Shown here one piece after another: positions 1 through 8,830 of a DNA stretch of 64,000 bases. The notes beneath the pieces were generated by a model. The model ran no database searches. It was not told the DNA's origin and worked only from the letters and a program-made list of their open reading frames with translations. Made by a program: the position numbers and the translations under genes. The number at the start of each line of letters is the position of its first letter. The first letter of the stretch is position 1. The DNA is taken from NCBI GenBank assembly GCA_046726415.1, contig JBKPAK010000013.1, forward strand, positions 8,330 through 72,329, in the 5' to 3' direction. The DNA is from Candidatus Methylomirabilota bacterium (GTDB taxonomy: Bacteria > Methylomirabilota > Methylomirabilia > Rokubacteriales > CSP1-6).

Positions 1-1
1 G

Positions 2-139
2 ATCCTGAAAGCACTCGAGGAGACCCAGTGGAACCGGCTGAGGGCTGCCAAGCTACTGAACATCAGCTACCGGTCGCTGCTCTACAAGATCAAGGAGGCC
101 GGGCTGGACGGCAAACGGAAGGCCGCTGACCTCTCATGA
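2..139 (+). CDS. C-terminal Fis-type HTH of a sigma54-dependent transcriptional activator (5' partial)
   Basis: Frame from base 2 reads ILKALEETQWNRLRAAKLLNISYRSLLYKIKEAGLDGKRKAADLS*, closely matching the C-terminus of the activator at 49900-51375; its stop overlaps the next ATG (ATGA at 136-139). Confidence 0.88.
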   Translation: MLKALEETQWNRLRAAKLLNISYRSLLYKIKEAGLDGKRKAADLS

Positions 140-1776
140 ATACCATGCCGGGGACACCAGAAATCGACAGCGAGAGAGATGTCCGGAAGAAGGGTGCGGA
201 GCTTGCGCGCATCCGTGCCGTCTGGAGCCGCCGGAAATGGCTCGCCATCCTGGTCTTCTTGGTTCCCTTCGCGGCCGGAACCAGTGTCACCCTTTCGCTG
301 CCGAATCTCTACCGGTCCACGGCAACAGTACTGGTGGAGCGCCAGCGCGTCCCCGAGGCCTTCGTGCGACCCACAGTGACCAGCGAACTCGAGACTCGCC
401 TTCAGACGATCAGCCAGGGAGTCCTGAGCCGCTCGCGGCTGGAGGAGCTGATCAATCGATTCAAGCTCTACGCGGACCTGCGCAAGCGCATGCCTAGCGA
501 CGAGGTCGTGGAGCGGATGCGCCGGGACATCCAGCTTGAGGTCAAGTCCGCGGAGGCCAAGGGGCGGCAATCGGCCACCGTCGCCTTCGCGCTCAGCTAC
601 AAGGGCTCCGACCCGCGAGCCGTGGCCCTCGTCACGAACACCCTGGCATCCTTCTATGTCGAGGAGAACCTCAAGGCCCGGGAGCGGGAGGCCAGTGGGA
701 CGAGCGAGTTCCTGAAGGCGGAGATCACCGAGACCAGGAAGCGGCTTGACGAGCAGGAGCGCCGGGTGAGCGAATTTCGGAGGCGCTATCTGGGAGAGCT
801 TCCCCAGCAGATGCAGGCTAACCTCGCCACCTTGGACACGCTCACCACGCAGCTCCGCATGAACAGCGACAACCAGGTCCGCGCGGCGCAGCGGCGGCAG
901 GACCTCGCCGCCCAGCTCACTGAGGCCGCATCACTCGGCCAGGCGCTTGTGCCGCCGGGGTCTCCTCCGGGCCCAGAGTCTCCCGCCGTTCACCTGGCCC
1001 GCCTCAAGCAAGAGCTCATTGCGGCGCGCGCCCGCTACACCGAGGCACATCCGACCATCGCCAGGCTCACGCACGAGATCGCCGCCGTCGAAGCCCAGCT
1101 GGCCCAGGCCAAGGCCGAGCCCGAAGACCAGGCCACGGCCGCGGGAGCGACCGCGCTCGGCCCTCACGGGCTACGGCTTCGGGAAGCGCTCCGCGCCGCC
1201 GAAGGGGAAGTGAAGATTCTAAAGGTAGAGGAGCAGCGACTCAAAGGTGCCATCGCGGTCTATCAATCACGAGTGGAGAGTACCCCTCGTCGGGAACACG
1301 AGTTCCAGGATCTCTCGCGGGACTACGAGGCCACCAAGGAACTGCACCAGTCGCTCTCCAAGCGCTACGAGGAGGCGCAGCTCGCCGAGAGCATGGAGCA
1401 GCGTCAGCAGGGAGAGCAGTTCCGGATCCTCGATCCGGCAGTCCCCCGTGCGTCCCCCTCGGCGCCGAACCGTCCCAAGTTGCTCCTGATGCTCTTGGTG
1501 CTCTCGCTTGGCGCGGCGGCGGGCGCGGCCGTGTTGGCCGAGATGGTCGACACCTCGTTTCGATCGGCGGAGGAGCTGCGGGTCTTCACCGGAATGCCGA
1601 TCCTCGCTCGCATTCCCCCGATCGTCACGGAGGCCGACCAAAGGTGGTGGCGACTGCGGTTCCGTATCGCCACCACCGCGGCCGTCCTCGGTCTCGTCCT
1701 CATCATCGGCGCCTCCCACTTCATCGCGCACGGCAACGAGCAACTGGTCCGCGTGCTCGACCGGGAGCGCGCCTGA
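136..1776 (+). CDS. Polysaccharide co-polymerase / chain-length determinant (Wzc N-terminal, GumC-type; no kinase domain)
   Basis: N-terminal TM then LPNLYRSTATVLVE, long coiled coil, FRILDPA..P..PSAPNRPKLL followed by TM segments. Confidence 0.92.
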   Translation: MNTMPGTPEIDSERDVRKKGAELARIRAVWSRRKWLAILVFLVPFAAGTSVTLSLPNLYRSTATVLVERQRVPEAFVRPTVTSELETRLQTISQGVLSRSRLEELINRFKLYADLRKRMPSDEVVERMRRDIQLEVKSAEAKGRQSATVAFALSYKGSDPRAVALVTNTLASFYVEENLKAREREASGTSEFLKAEITETRKRLDEQERRVSEFRRRYLGELPQQMQANLATLDTLTTQLRMNSDNQVRAAQRRQDLAAQLTEAASLGQALVPPGSPPGPESPAVHLARLKQELIAARARYTEAHPTIARLTHEIAAVEAQLAQAKAEPEDQATAAGATALGPHGLRLREALRAAEGEVKILKVEEQRLKGAIAVYQSRVESTPRREHEFQDLSRDYEATKELHQSLSKRYEEAQLAESMEQRQQGEQFRILDPAVPRASPSAPNRPKLLLMLLVLSLGAAAGAAVLAEMVDTSFRSAEELRVFTGMPILARIPPIVTEADQRWWRLRFRIATTAAVLGLVLIIGASHFIAHGNEQLVRVLDRERA

Positions 1777-1783
1777 GGCGGCG

Positions 1784-2269
1784 ATGACCATAGAGGGGTG
1801 CGCGTGCGGCCTCGCCCTGGAGGGTCGGCGAGGCCAGGCCTACAACGAGGAGGCTTTCCGGTACTTCCTGGCGGTCGAGCGAAAGCGCTCCAAACGGTTG
1901 GGCCGTTGCTTCCTCCTGCTGCTGGTAGATCTGAAAGGCCAACCGGGAGTGAGCGTGCCCATCGACTCCAGGCTCGCCCGCCAGGTCTTCTCGGGTTTGT
2001 GGCTTTGCCTTCGCGAATCCGATTTCGTCGGCTGGTACCGCGAGGGTCGCGTTGCCGGAGCGGTGTTGACGGAGTTGCGAGATCGGCCCCGAACGGACGT
2101 GTCCCGCCTGCTCAGTGAGCGGGTCAGTGAAGTGCTTCCCGCGCGCCTCCCCTCGGATGTCGCCCGCCGCCTCCGCGTGCGCGTCTATCAGAACCCCGAG
2201 GCAGAGAATAGTGAGCCGACGGCCTCCGAGTACGAGGGCGCCGCCGGCTCCAGGAGAACCCGATGCTGA
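1784..2269 (+). CDS. Stand-alone degenerate GGDEF-like domain protein with intact RxxD I-site
   Basis: YNEEAFRYFLAVERKRSKRLGRCFLLLLVDL...LRESDFVGWYREGRVAGAVL follows the GGDEF fold pattern; RESD is retained and GGDEF is replaced by REGRV. ATG at 1784 lies within track ORF 1508-2269. Confidence 0.72.
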   Translation: MTIEGCACGLALEGRRGQAYNEEAFRYFLAVERKRSKRLGRCFLLLLVDLKGQPGVSVPIDSRLARQVFSGLWLCLRESDFVGWYREGRVAGAVLTELRDRPRTDVSRLLSERVSEVLPARLPSDVARRLRVRVYQNPEAENSEPTASEYEGAAGSRRTRC

Positions 2270-3330
2270 GGCTTGGCGTGATTGGCTATGGCTACTGGGG
2301 CCCGAACGTGGTCCGTAACTTCTCCATCCAGCCGGACTGCCAAGTGGTAGCCATCTGCGACAAGAGCCCTAAGGCGATGGCTCAAGTGTTGAGCCGCCAC
2401 CCGTCGGCCCGCGTCACCGCCGATCCGGCGGAGCTGATGGAATCGCCGGACATCGACGCGATCGCCATCGTCACCCCGGTGTCCACGCACTACGACTTGG
2501 CCAAGAAGGCGCTGGTGAACGGAAAGCACGTCTTCGTCGAGAAGCCATTCACGACCACGTCAGTCCAGGCCGAGGAGCTGATCGAGCTGGCCGACCGCAG
2601 GAACCTCCAGATCATGGTGGACCACACGTTTCTCTTCACCGGGGCGGTGTCGAAGATCAAGGAGCTCATCGCGGGGGAGGTGCTGGGACCTCTCTACTAT
2701 TACGATTCGACCCGGGTCAACCTGGGGCTCTTCCAGCACGACGTGAACGTCATCTGGGACCTGGGTCCCCACGATGTGTCCATCGTGGACCATTTGATCG
2801 GGCTCGACCCGGACATGGTGGTGGCTACCGGGGGCGCGCACCTGAACGGTCTGGCGGACATGGCGTACATCACACTCTACTTTCCCGACAACATTGTCGC
2901 TCACATCAACATCAACTGGCTCTCCCCCGTCAAGGTGCGCACGACGTTGATCGGCGGGCAGCGGAAGATGCTGGTGTGGAACGATCTCGAGCCGACCGAA
3001 AAGATCAAGGTCTACGACAAGGGAGTCGAGGCGCGCACGGAGGAAGGGCGCTACCGGCTCCTGGTGAGCTACCGGAGCGGAGACATGTGGGCACCGCGGG
3101 TGGAGGAGGCCGAGGCCTTGCAGCGCGAGGCCCGCTACTTCGTGGACTGCATAGCTTCGGGAGAGAAGCCTTTCAACGACGGACGCGCCGGCCTGCGCGT
3201 GGTGAGAATCCTGGAGGCGGCCGACGAGTCGCTCAAGCGGCGGCGGGAGATCGTCTTCGGAGCGTCACGTCGGCCGGAGGTCGGGCGGGGGGCCCTCCGG
3301 GTCCGTCCCGTTTGCGCCCTGAGCGGATGA
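2263..3330 (+). CDS. Gfo/Idh/MocA family oxidoreductase (WbpB/WlbA-like nucleotide-sugar 3-dehydrogenase)
   Basis: LGVIGYGYWG Rossmann motif, HVFVEKP, WDLGPHD. Confidence 0.92.
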   Translation: MLRLGVIGYGYWGPNVVRNFSIQPDCQVVAICDKSPKAMAQVLSRHPSARVTADPAELMESPDIDAIAIVTPVSTHYDLAKKALVNGKHVFVEKPFTTTSVQAEELIELADRRNLQIMVDHTFLFTGAVSKIKELIAGEVLGPLYYYDSTRVNLGLFQHDVNVIWDLGPHDVSIVDHLIGLDPDMVVATGGAHLNGLADMAYITLYFPDNIVAHININWLSPVKVRTTLIGGQRKMLVWNDLEPTEKIKVYDKGVEARTEEGRYRLLVSYRSGDMWAPRVEEAEALQREARYFVDCIASGEKPFNDGRAGLRVVRILEAADESLKRRREIVFGASRRPEVGRGALRVRPVCALSG

Positions 3331-4484
3331 TCACGAGGGCTCAGCGGGAGCAGACGAGAGGGCCGGCGGGTGACACCGAGGACGGGACAGTCTGTCCACG
3401 GGTCGTTCGGCACGTCCTCAACGAGGAGCTGTTCAGAGGGGCGTTGACCAGGGAGCGAAAGCGCTCGGATCGCTCCAATGAGCCTTTCGTTCTCCTGCTC
3501 CTGGGCTTCAACCCGGGCCTGGGCGCCGATTCCTCGTCGATCTGGGACGGTGCGATTGACGCCGTGGCGGCGGCCACGGGTGACGCAGACGTCGCCGGGT
3601 GGGTCGCGCGGCGGTCGCTGATCGGTGTCATCGTGCCTGAGATCCGTGCGTCGGATCTGCTGAATGCGCGGGCAGGTATCGAGGCGCGACTCCGTCGCGA
3701 GATCGCCAAGCGCCTGGATACGGCAACGGTGGAAAGGCTGTCGCTTCGGTTCCACATCTATCCCGAGCCGAGGCGTGCGGAAGAGAAAGGACCAGGGCCG
3801 GTCGATCCGGTTTTCTACCCGGAGCACCGCTCGCGCCGGGTGCAGGGGATGAGCTACGATACGATCAAGCGGGGGCTGGACGTCATCGGCAGCCTCACGC
3901 TCTTGTTAGGACTGTCGCCCCTTTTCGTGCTCATCGCCGGCCTGGTGAAGCTGGGGTCTCATGGGCCGGTCGTGTTCAGACAGGTGCGAATCGGGCAGAT
4001 GATGAAGCCCTTCACGATGCTCAAGTTCAGAACGATGTATTCGGACGCCGATCACAAGGTCCATCAGGAGTTTGTCAGCTCCTTCATCAGGGCCAGCGGC
4101 CAGGCTGACCAGCCCAGCCGGAACGGATTCTTCAAGCTCACCAACGATTCACGCGTGACGCCCGTCGGACGCATTCTTCGGAAGACGAGCCTGGACGAGT
4201 TGCCTCAGCTGTGGAACGTGCTCCGGGGCGACATGTCGCTCGTCGGGCCCCGACCCCCGCTCCGGTACGAGCTCGAGCAGTACGAGCCGTGGCATCGCGA
4301 TCGGCTCGTGGAGGCCAAGCCGGGGATCACAGGACCCTGGCAAGTGGCCGGACGCAGCCGGACGACCTTCGACGAGATGGTGCGCCTGGACCTCCGCTAC
4401 GCCAGAACGCGCTCCCTCTGGACCGACGTCAAGATTCTTCTCGCCACCCCAGCGGCGGTCCTGTCGGGGAAGGGAGCGTGTTGA
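3327..4484 (+). CDS. Priming (undecaprenyl-phosphate) sugar transferase with N-terminal degenerate GGDEF-like domain
   Basis: Bac_transf motifs KRGLDV, FRQVRIG, KFRTM, DSRVTPVGRILRKTSLDELPQLWNVLRGDMSLVGPRP, KPGITG; the N-terminus NEELFRGALTRERKRSDRSNEPFVLLLL resembles the 1784-2269 protein. ATG at 3327 (ATGA overlap). Confidence 0.92.
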   Translation: MITRAQREQTRGPAGDTEDGTVCPRVVRHVLNEELFRGALTRERKRSDRSNEPFVLLLLGFNPGLGADSSSIWDGAIDAVAAATGDADVAGWVARRSLIGVIVPEIRASDLLNARAGIEARLRREIAKRLDTATVERLSLRFHIYPEPRRAEEKGPGPVDPVFYPEHRSRRVQGMSYDTIKRGLDVIGSLTLLLGLSPLFVLIAGLVKLGSHGPVVFRQVRIGQMMKPFTMLKFRTMYSDADHKVHQEFVSSFIRASGQADQPSRNGFFKLTNDSRVTPVGRILRKTSLDELPQLWNVLRGDMSLVGPRPPLRYELEQYEPWHRDRLVEAKPGITGPWQVAGRSRTTFDEMVRLDLRYARTRSLWTDVKILLATPAAVLSGKGAC

Positions 4485-4489
4485 CTGGC

Positions 4490-6334
4490 ATGAACATCCT
4501 GGGTATCTCCGCCTTCTATCACGACAGCGCGGCCTGCATCGTCCGCGACGGGGAAATCGTCGCGGCCGCCCAGGAAGAGCGCTTCACGCGGAAGAAGCAC
4601 GACGCCGGGTTCCCGAAGCAGGCCCTGGACTACTGCCTCCGGGAGTCGGCGATCCGCCCCGAAGAGCTGGACTACGTGGCCTTCTACGACAAGCCGCTCC
4701 TGAAGTTCGAGCGCCTGCTGGAGACCTATGTCGCCTACGCGCCGGCGGGGTTCCGATCGTTCATAAACGCGATGCCCGTGTGGATCCGTCAGAAGCTCCA
4801 CCTGCCGCGCGAGCTCGACTGCGGACTCGGCGGCCGATACAAGGGCGGCTACATCTTCACGGAGCATCACGAGTCCCATGCGGCAAGCGCCTTCTTCCCG
4901 TCCCCCTTTGAGGAGGCGGCGATCCTTACGCTCGACGGCGTGGGGGAGTGGGCGACCGGGAGCTACGGGGTCGGGCGGGGCAATCGGATCCAGCTGACGC
5001 ATGAGCTGCGGTTTCCCCACTCACTCGGCCTCCTCTACTCTGCCTTCACGTATTTCACCGGCTTCAAAGTGAATTCCGGGGAATACAAGCTCATGGGCCT
5101 CGCCCCGTACGGAGAGCCGCGATTCGCCGACGCCATCCTGCGCCATCTCGTCGATCTAAAGGCCGATGGATCGTTTCGTATGGACATGTCGTACTTCAAC
5201 TACTGCCAAGGCTTGACCATGACCAGTCGCAAGTTCGACGCGCTGTTCGAGGGGCCCCCGCGGCGACCGGAGTCGCAGCTGACCCAGCGCGAGATGGACA
5301 TCGCGGCGTCCATCCAGACGGTGACTGAGGAAATCATGCTCCGGTGCGGGCGGCACATTGCGCGAGAGACAGGCATGCGCAATCTCGTGATGGCGGGGGG
5401 GGTGGCGCTCAACTGCGTGGGCAACGGCCGGATCCTCCGGGAGGGTGACTTCGACCAGATCTTCATCCAGCCCGGCGCCGGCGATGCTGGCGGCGCCATC
5501 GGCGCGGCCCTCTTCGTATGGCACCAGCTGCTCGGGAAGCCCCGGCGGGCTGACGGCGTGCGCGACTTCCAGCGCGGTTCGCTCCTGGGACCCCGCTACA
5601 GCAACGAGGAGATCCGCGCCTACCTCGACAGCATCGGGGCGCGCTACCACTACCACGCGGACGAGGCGACTCTTCTCGAGGTCGTCGCGGACGATATCGC
5701 CGCCGAGAAGGTCGTCGGCCACTTTCACGGGCGGATGGAGTTCGGGCCTCGCGCCCTGGGCGCGCGCTCGATCATCGGCGACGCGCGCTCGTCGAAGATG
5801 CAGTCCCTCATGAATTTAAAGATCAAGTTCCGCGAGTCCTTCCGCCCCTTTGCGCCCTGCGTCCTCCGCGAGGACGTGCACGAGTGGTTCGAGATGGAGC
5901 CGAACGCGGACAGTCCGTACATGCTTCTTGTCGCCGATGTCCAGCCGGACAAGCGGGTGCCGGTCGGCGAGCACGAGCTGGGCGAGATGACCGGCGTTGA
6001 CCGGCTCCTCAAGGTCGTCCGGTCGAAGGTGCCGGCGGTGACGCACGTCGACTACTCGGCGCGCGTTCAGACGGTCGATGCCGAGCGGCACGGGCGGTTC
6101 TATCGATTGATGAAGAAGTTCAAGGAAAAGACCGGCTGCCCTGTGATCATCAATACTAGCTTCAACGTGCGGAGCGAGCCCATCGTGTGCTCCCCAGAGC
6201 ACGCGTACCGGTGCTTCATGGCGTGCAACATGGATGTGCTCGTGCTGGAGGACTTCGTGCTCGACAAGGAAGAGCAGCCCAAAGCCAAGCAGCACGAGAT
6301 CGACGAATACCTCGCTCAGTTCGACCTGGACTAA
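4490..6334 (+). CDS. O-carbamoyltransferase, NodU/CmcH/SxtI family
   Basis: MNILGISAFYHDSAA, QEERFTRKKH, EHHESHAASAF, GEYKLMGLAPYG, AGGVALNC, EFGPRALGARS, KFRESFRPFAP, INTSFNVR. Confidence 0.96.
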   Translation: MNILGISAFYHDSAACIVRDGEIVAAAQEERFTRKKHDAGFPKQALDYCLRESAIRPEELDYVAFYDKPLLKFERLLETYVAYAPAGFRSFINAMPVWIRQKLHLPRELDCGLGGRYKGGYIFTEHHESHAASAFFPSPFEEAAILTLDGVGEWATGSYGVGRGNRIQLTHELRFPHSLGLLYSAFTYFTGFKVNSGEYKLMGLAPYGEPRFADAILRHLVDLKADGSFRMDMSYFNYCQGLTMTSRKFDALFEGPPRRPESQLTQREMDIAASIQTVTEEIMLRCGRHIARETGMRNLVMAGGVALNCVGNGRILREGDFDQIFIQPGAGDAGGAIGAALFVWHQLLGKPRRADGVRDFQRGSLLGPRYSNEEIRAYLDSIGARYHYHADEATLLEVVADDIAAEKVVGHFHGRMEFGPRALGARSIIGDARSSKMQSLMNLKIKFRESFRPFAPCVLREDVHEWFEMEPNADSPYMLLVADVQPDKRVPVGEHELGEMTGVDRLLKVVRSKVPAVTHVDYSARVQTVDAERHGRFYRLMKKFKEKTGCPVIINTSFNVRSEPIVCSPEHAYRCFMACNMDVLVLEDFVLDKEEQPKAKQHEIDEYLAQFDLD

Positions 6335-6343
6335 GTGCGCACT

Positions 6344-6790
6344 ATGGCCTTCATCAGCGTCGACTGGAGACCGAGCGAGCGCCATCTGCAGGGGTTTGGC
6401 ACGGCGTGTGTCGTGGCGTTCGGAGCGCTGGGGGCCTGGGCGCTGTGGCGCCACAGCCTGTTCGGTGTGAGCCTCGAGTCCGGGAGCGCCGGGCGCGCGG
6501 CCGTGATCCTGTGGGGGCTCGCCGTCGTGTGTGGAGTGCTGCGCGCAGTCGCCCCGCGGTGGCTGCGGCCCCTGTACGTCGGGCTGACGGCGGTGAGCCT
6601 GCCCATCGGCTTCGTGATGTCCCACGCCGTGATCGGCCTCGTGTTCTTCGGGGTCGTGACCCCCATCGCCCTAGTGTTTCGGCTGATGGGGCGGGACCCC
6701 CTGCGGCGCGCGTTCGATCGCGAGGCAGCGACGTACTGGACGCGGCGAAGTCCGGTCGTTGACCTGGCGAGATACTACCGCCAGTTCTAG
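6344..6790 (+). CDS. SxtJ family membrane protein
   Basis: Several TM segments, FFGVVTPIALVFRLMGRDPL..YW..YYRQF C-terminus; directly follows the carbamoyltransferase. Alternative GTG start at 6335. Confidence 0.85.
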   Translation: MAFISVDWRPSERHLQGFGTACVVAFGALGAWALWRHSLFGVSLESGSAGRAAVILWGLAVVCGVLRAVAPRWLRPLYVGLTAVSLPIGFVMSHAVIGLVFFGVVTPIALVFRLMGRDPLRRAFDREAATYWTRRSPVVDLARYYRQF

Positions 6791-6799
6791 GAGGGTAAC

Positions 6800-7003
6800 G
6801 TGGCCCAGAGCGGTGGGAGACAACAAGAATTCGAGCGGATCGCCAACACGGGGCGGCCGAGCGTGGTGATGGAGTTCCTGGTCTACCTGCGGGAGAACAA
6901 GAAGTGGTGGATGCTACCCATCCTAATCATGATCTTCGGTATGGGGGCGCTGGTTCTGCTTGCCGGTACGCCGGTCGCGCCGTTCATCTACACCCTTTTC
7001 TAG
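6800..7003 (+). CDS. DUF5989/SxtK-like small membrane protein ending in PFIYTLF
   Basis: EFLVYLRENKKWWMLPI, then one TM, then APFIYTLF*; RBS GGAGG before the GTG at 6800. Confidence 0.88.
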   Translation: MAQSGGRQQEFERIANTGRPSVVMEFLVYLRENKKWWMLPILIMIFGMGALVLLAGTPVAPFIYTLF

Positions 7004-7039
7004 GTGGAGCACGCTCGAGGGGCGGCTGGCCGTCGAGCC

Positions 7040-7330
7040 AGCAGGCGACGGCGTGACTGTTATGCGGCCGGCCCGCCAGCCTCATCCTTCGAAGTGATCG
7101 GGCCCCCACTCGTCCTTCAGCTCTTGGACCGCTCGGACCGCATCGTCGCCCGCCAGTCGTCGCGGTGTGCGGGTCGCACCCGGATCGAGAGGCGCGACCG
7201 CATCGCGCCCCGGGTGCCTTGGCGCCACGTCGCGGTCCGCCGCGACCGGGCGGGCAGTGGCTGGACCAGGGGCCGCACGCTGAGGTGGCGATGGCGCCTG
7301 ATTCGCTTGCGGACATTGGCGTCGTCGACC
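7040..7330 (-). mobile_element. Degraded IS701-family transposase remnant
   Basis: Minus strand encodes LPARSRRTATWRQGTRGAMRSR..RVRPAHRDDWR and, in another frame, ELKDEWGPDHFEG*GW, matching IS701 motifs (WRTVTWREGT..RVRPAHRD; ELKxELGLDHFEGRGW). Boundaries approximate. Confidence 0.75.
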
Positions 7331-7388
7331 CGGGGCGTGACCTCGCGCAGCGAGGCAAAGTGTGTCACGTCAGACTCTTCCTGTCGCG

Positions 7389-8186
7389 CTACTCGCCATG
7401 TGGAACGCGAGTGATGCCTTGGCGCGGCAAATCTCGGCCGCCCGTACCTGCCCCTGGGCCTAGTAGGACCCAGAATCGATAGAACTGCAGCTTAACAAGC
7501 TGCTCGATGACGGTCTGGATGCCATGCCACGTGGTCGTCCAGTTCTCAGGGGTGTGGTTACCGAATACCGGCAGACAGTGGACCTGAATGCCGGCCGGCC
7601 TCAGCACCGCCTGGTAAACGAGGGACGAGCGCCGACTCCGGAGAGCGGGCACAACAACGACGACCGAGCCCAGATGCTCCTTGGTGAGAAAGGTCCGGAG
7701 CTGGTAGGCGGCATTGAGGCTGTAGGGTTCGACTTCCCGTATGGCAATGATCTCTGGGTTCTGCACTCGGGCGAGTCGGCCCATCAATTCCGCGATGCCC
7801 CTGGATACAGGGTTGGTCAGCTCAGCATCACGGTCCGACACCTGAGCGGGGACGAGGACCCTGGCCGCGAGCCCCGTCTGCTGCAGGGCGGCTGCGCGTT
7901 CGAACAGGAGATAGCTTGGATCGAAGTTCTCCACGAAGATGGCGTCGCTTGGAGCAGTCTCCTCGTCACACACGAGGCTCCATCCTATCGAGGGGATCCA
8001 GAAGTTGCGAGTCAAGAACGCGGTGAGCAGAAGGACGAAGCATGCCACTAGGCGCCATGCCCTCGCCTTGGTGATCTTCGGCTCTGTCACCGCCTCGACC
8101 CGAGGGTGAGCGTAGTGAAGAAGGTCTCGTGCGGCTCCCTTTCGAAGAGAGTCGTGGCGCGCGCCTTGAAGGGCGAATGCCTCCAT
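7389..8186 (-). CDS. YdcF/DUF218 (ElyC/SanA-like) envelope protein, divergent
   Basis: N-terminal TM, APSDAIFV, ERAAAL, SLNAAYQLRTFL, VVVVPALRSRRS (family has TSxxHxxRA); true start may be downstream. Confidence 0.65.
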   Translation of the reverse strand: MEAFALQGARHDSLRKGAARDLLHYAHPRVEAVTEPKITKARAWRLVACFVLLLTAFLTRNFWIPSIGWSLVCDEETAPSDAIFVENFDPSYLLFERAAALQQTGLAARVLVPAQVSDRDAELTNPVSRGIAELMGRLARVQNPEIIAIREVEPYSLNAAYQLRTFLTKEHLGSVVVVVPALRSRRSSLVYQAVLRPAGIQVHCLPVFGNHTPENWTTTWHGIQTVIEQLVKLQFYRFWVLLGPGAGTGGRDLPRQGITRVPHGE

Positions 8187-8549
8187 GTTGGCGAGAAACC
8201 GGCCGATAACGCTTCGTGAGGAGATAGCGCTCTCGTGGGGGTTGGGGTTGCCATCGTGTGTCGATTGTCTGACAGACTGACACTCGGGCGTGTCAGAGGC
8301 CAGGCAAGGGCTTGTTCTAACACGCTGTTTTTAAAGGCTATGATGAAGCCCACTTTTTGTGGTCAGCCTGGCATTACTTATGCTGTGGGGCTCGGGCTCC
8401 GCAATGGTTTGCCGAAAAGACGCAACCCCAAATTGGAGGTACACCGGTGCTTCACAACAAGCCCTCTGCTCTGCCGGATGGCTGGCTACGCGACTGATAC
8501 AGTCGTGACCTTGACGGCGGTGCCGGACGAAAGCAAGCGTTGCGTGGGT

Positions 8550-8565
8550 TGGCGCGGCACCTGCA
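8550..8565 (+). promoter_or_regulatory. Putative sigma54 (-24/-12) promoter for the beta-helix gene
   Basis: TGGCGC-GGCAC-CTGCA with correct GG-N10-GC spacing, about 265 bp upstream of ATG 8831. Confidence 0.5.
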
Positions 8566-8830
8566 CGCTGGCCCTCGGACCAACGCGTCCATGTATGCTA
8601 TTTCACGTTCTGGTAGACAGCCAAGCGCACCGGGGTGGTGCCGGACTAAGCCGCTCCTTCGGCGAGGGACCACGAAACTCGATCCCGGACTACAGGGAGA
8701 ACGCGGTTATCCGGTACTCAGGACTGCAGCGCTTATCTCACCTCTAGTAGGGTGCTTAGAAGGAGTACGATGAAGCCGTTGGATAGGTAGATGCGAACCA
8801 TCCCGCGACACAGGCTTGAGAGGTGAAGGC

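Noticed and set aside
4490-7003. Saxitoxin biosynthesis, suggested by the sxtI/J/K-like triad
   Set aside because: No sxtA, sxtG, sxtB or other core genes are visible, and the context is polysaccharide synthesis.
8395-8440. c-di-GMP-I riboswitch (GGCAAACC on the minus strand, GAAA..GACGCAA on the plus strand)
   Set aside because: The motif pieces are on opposite strands and the P2/P3 arrangement cannot be built.
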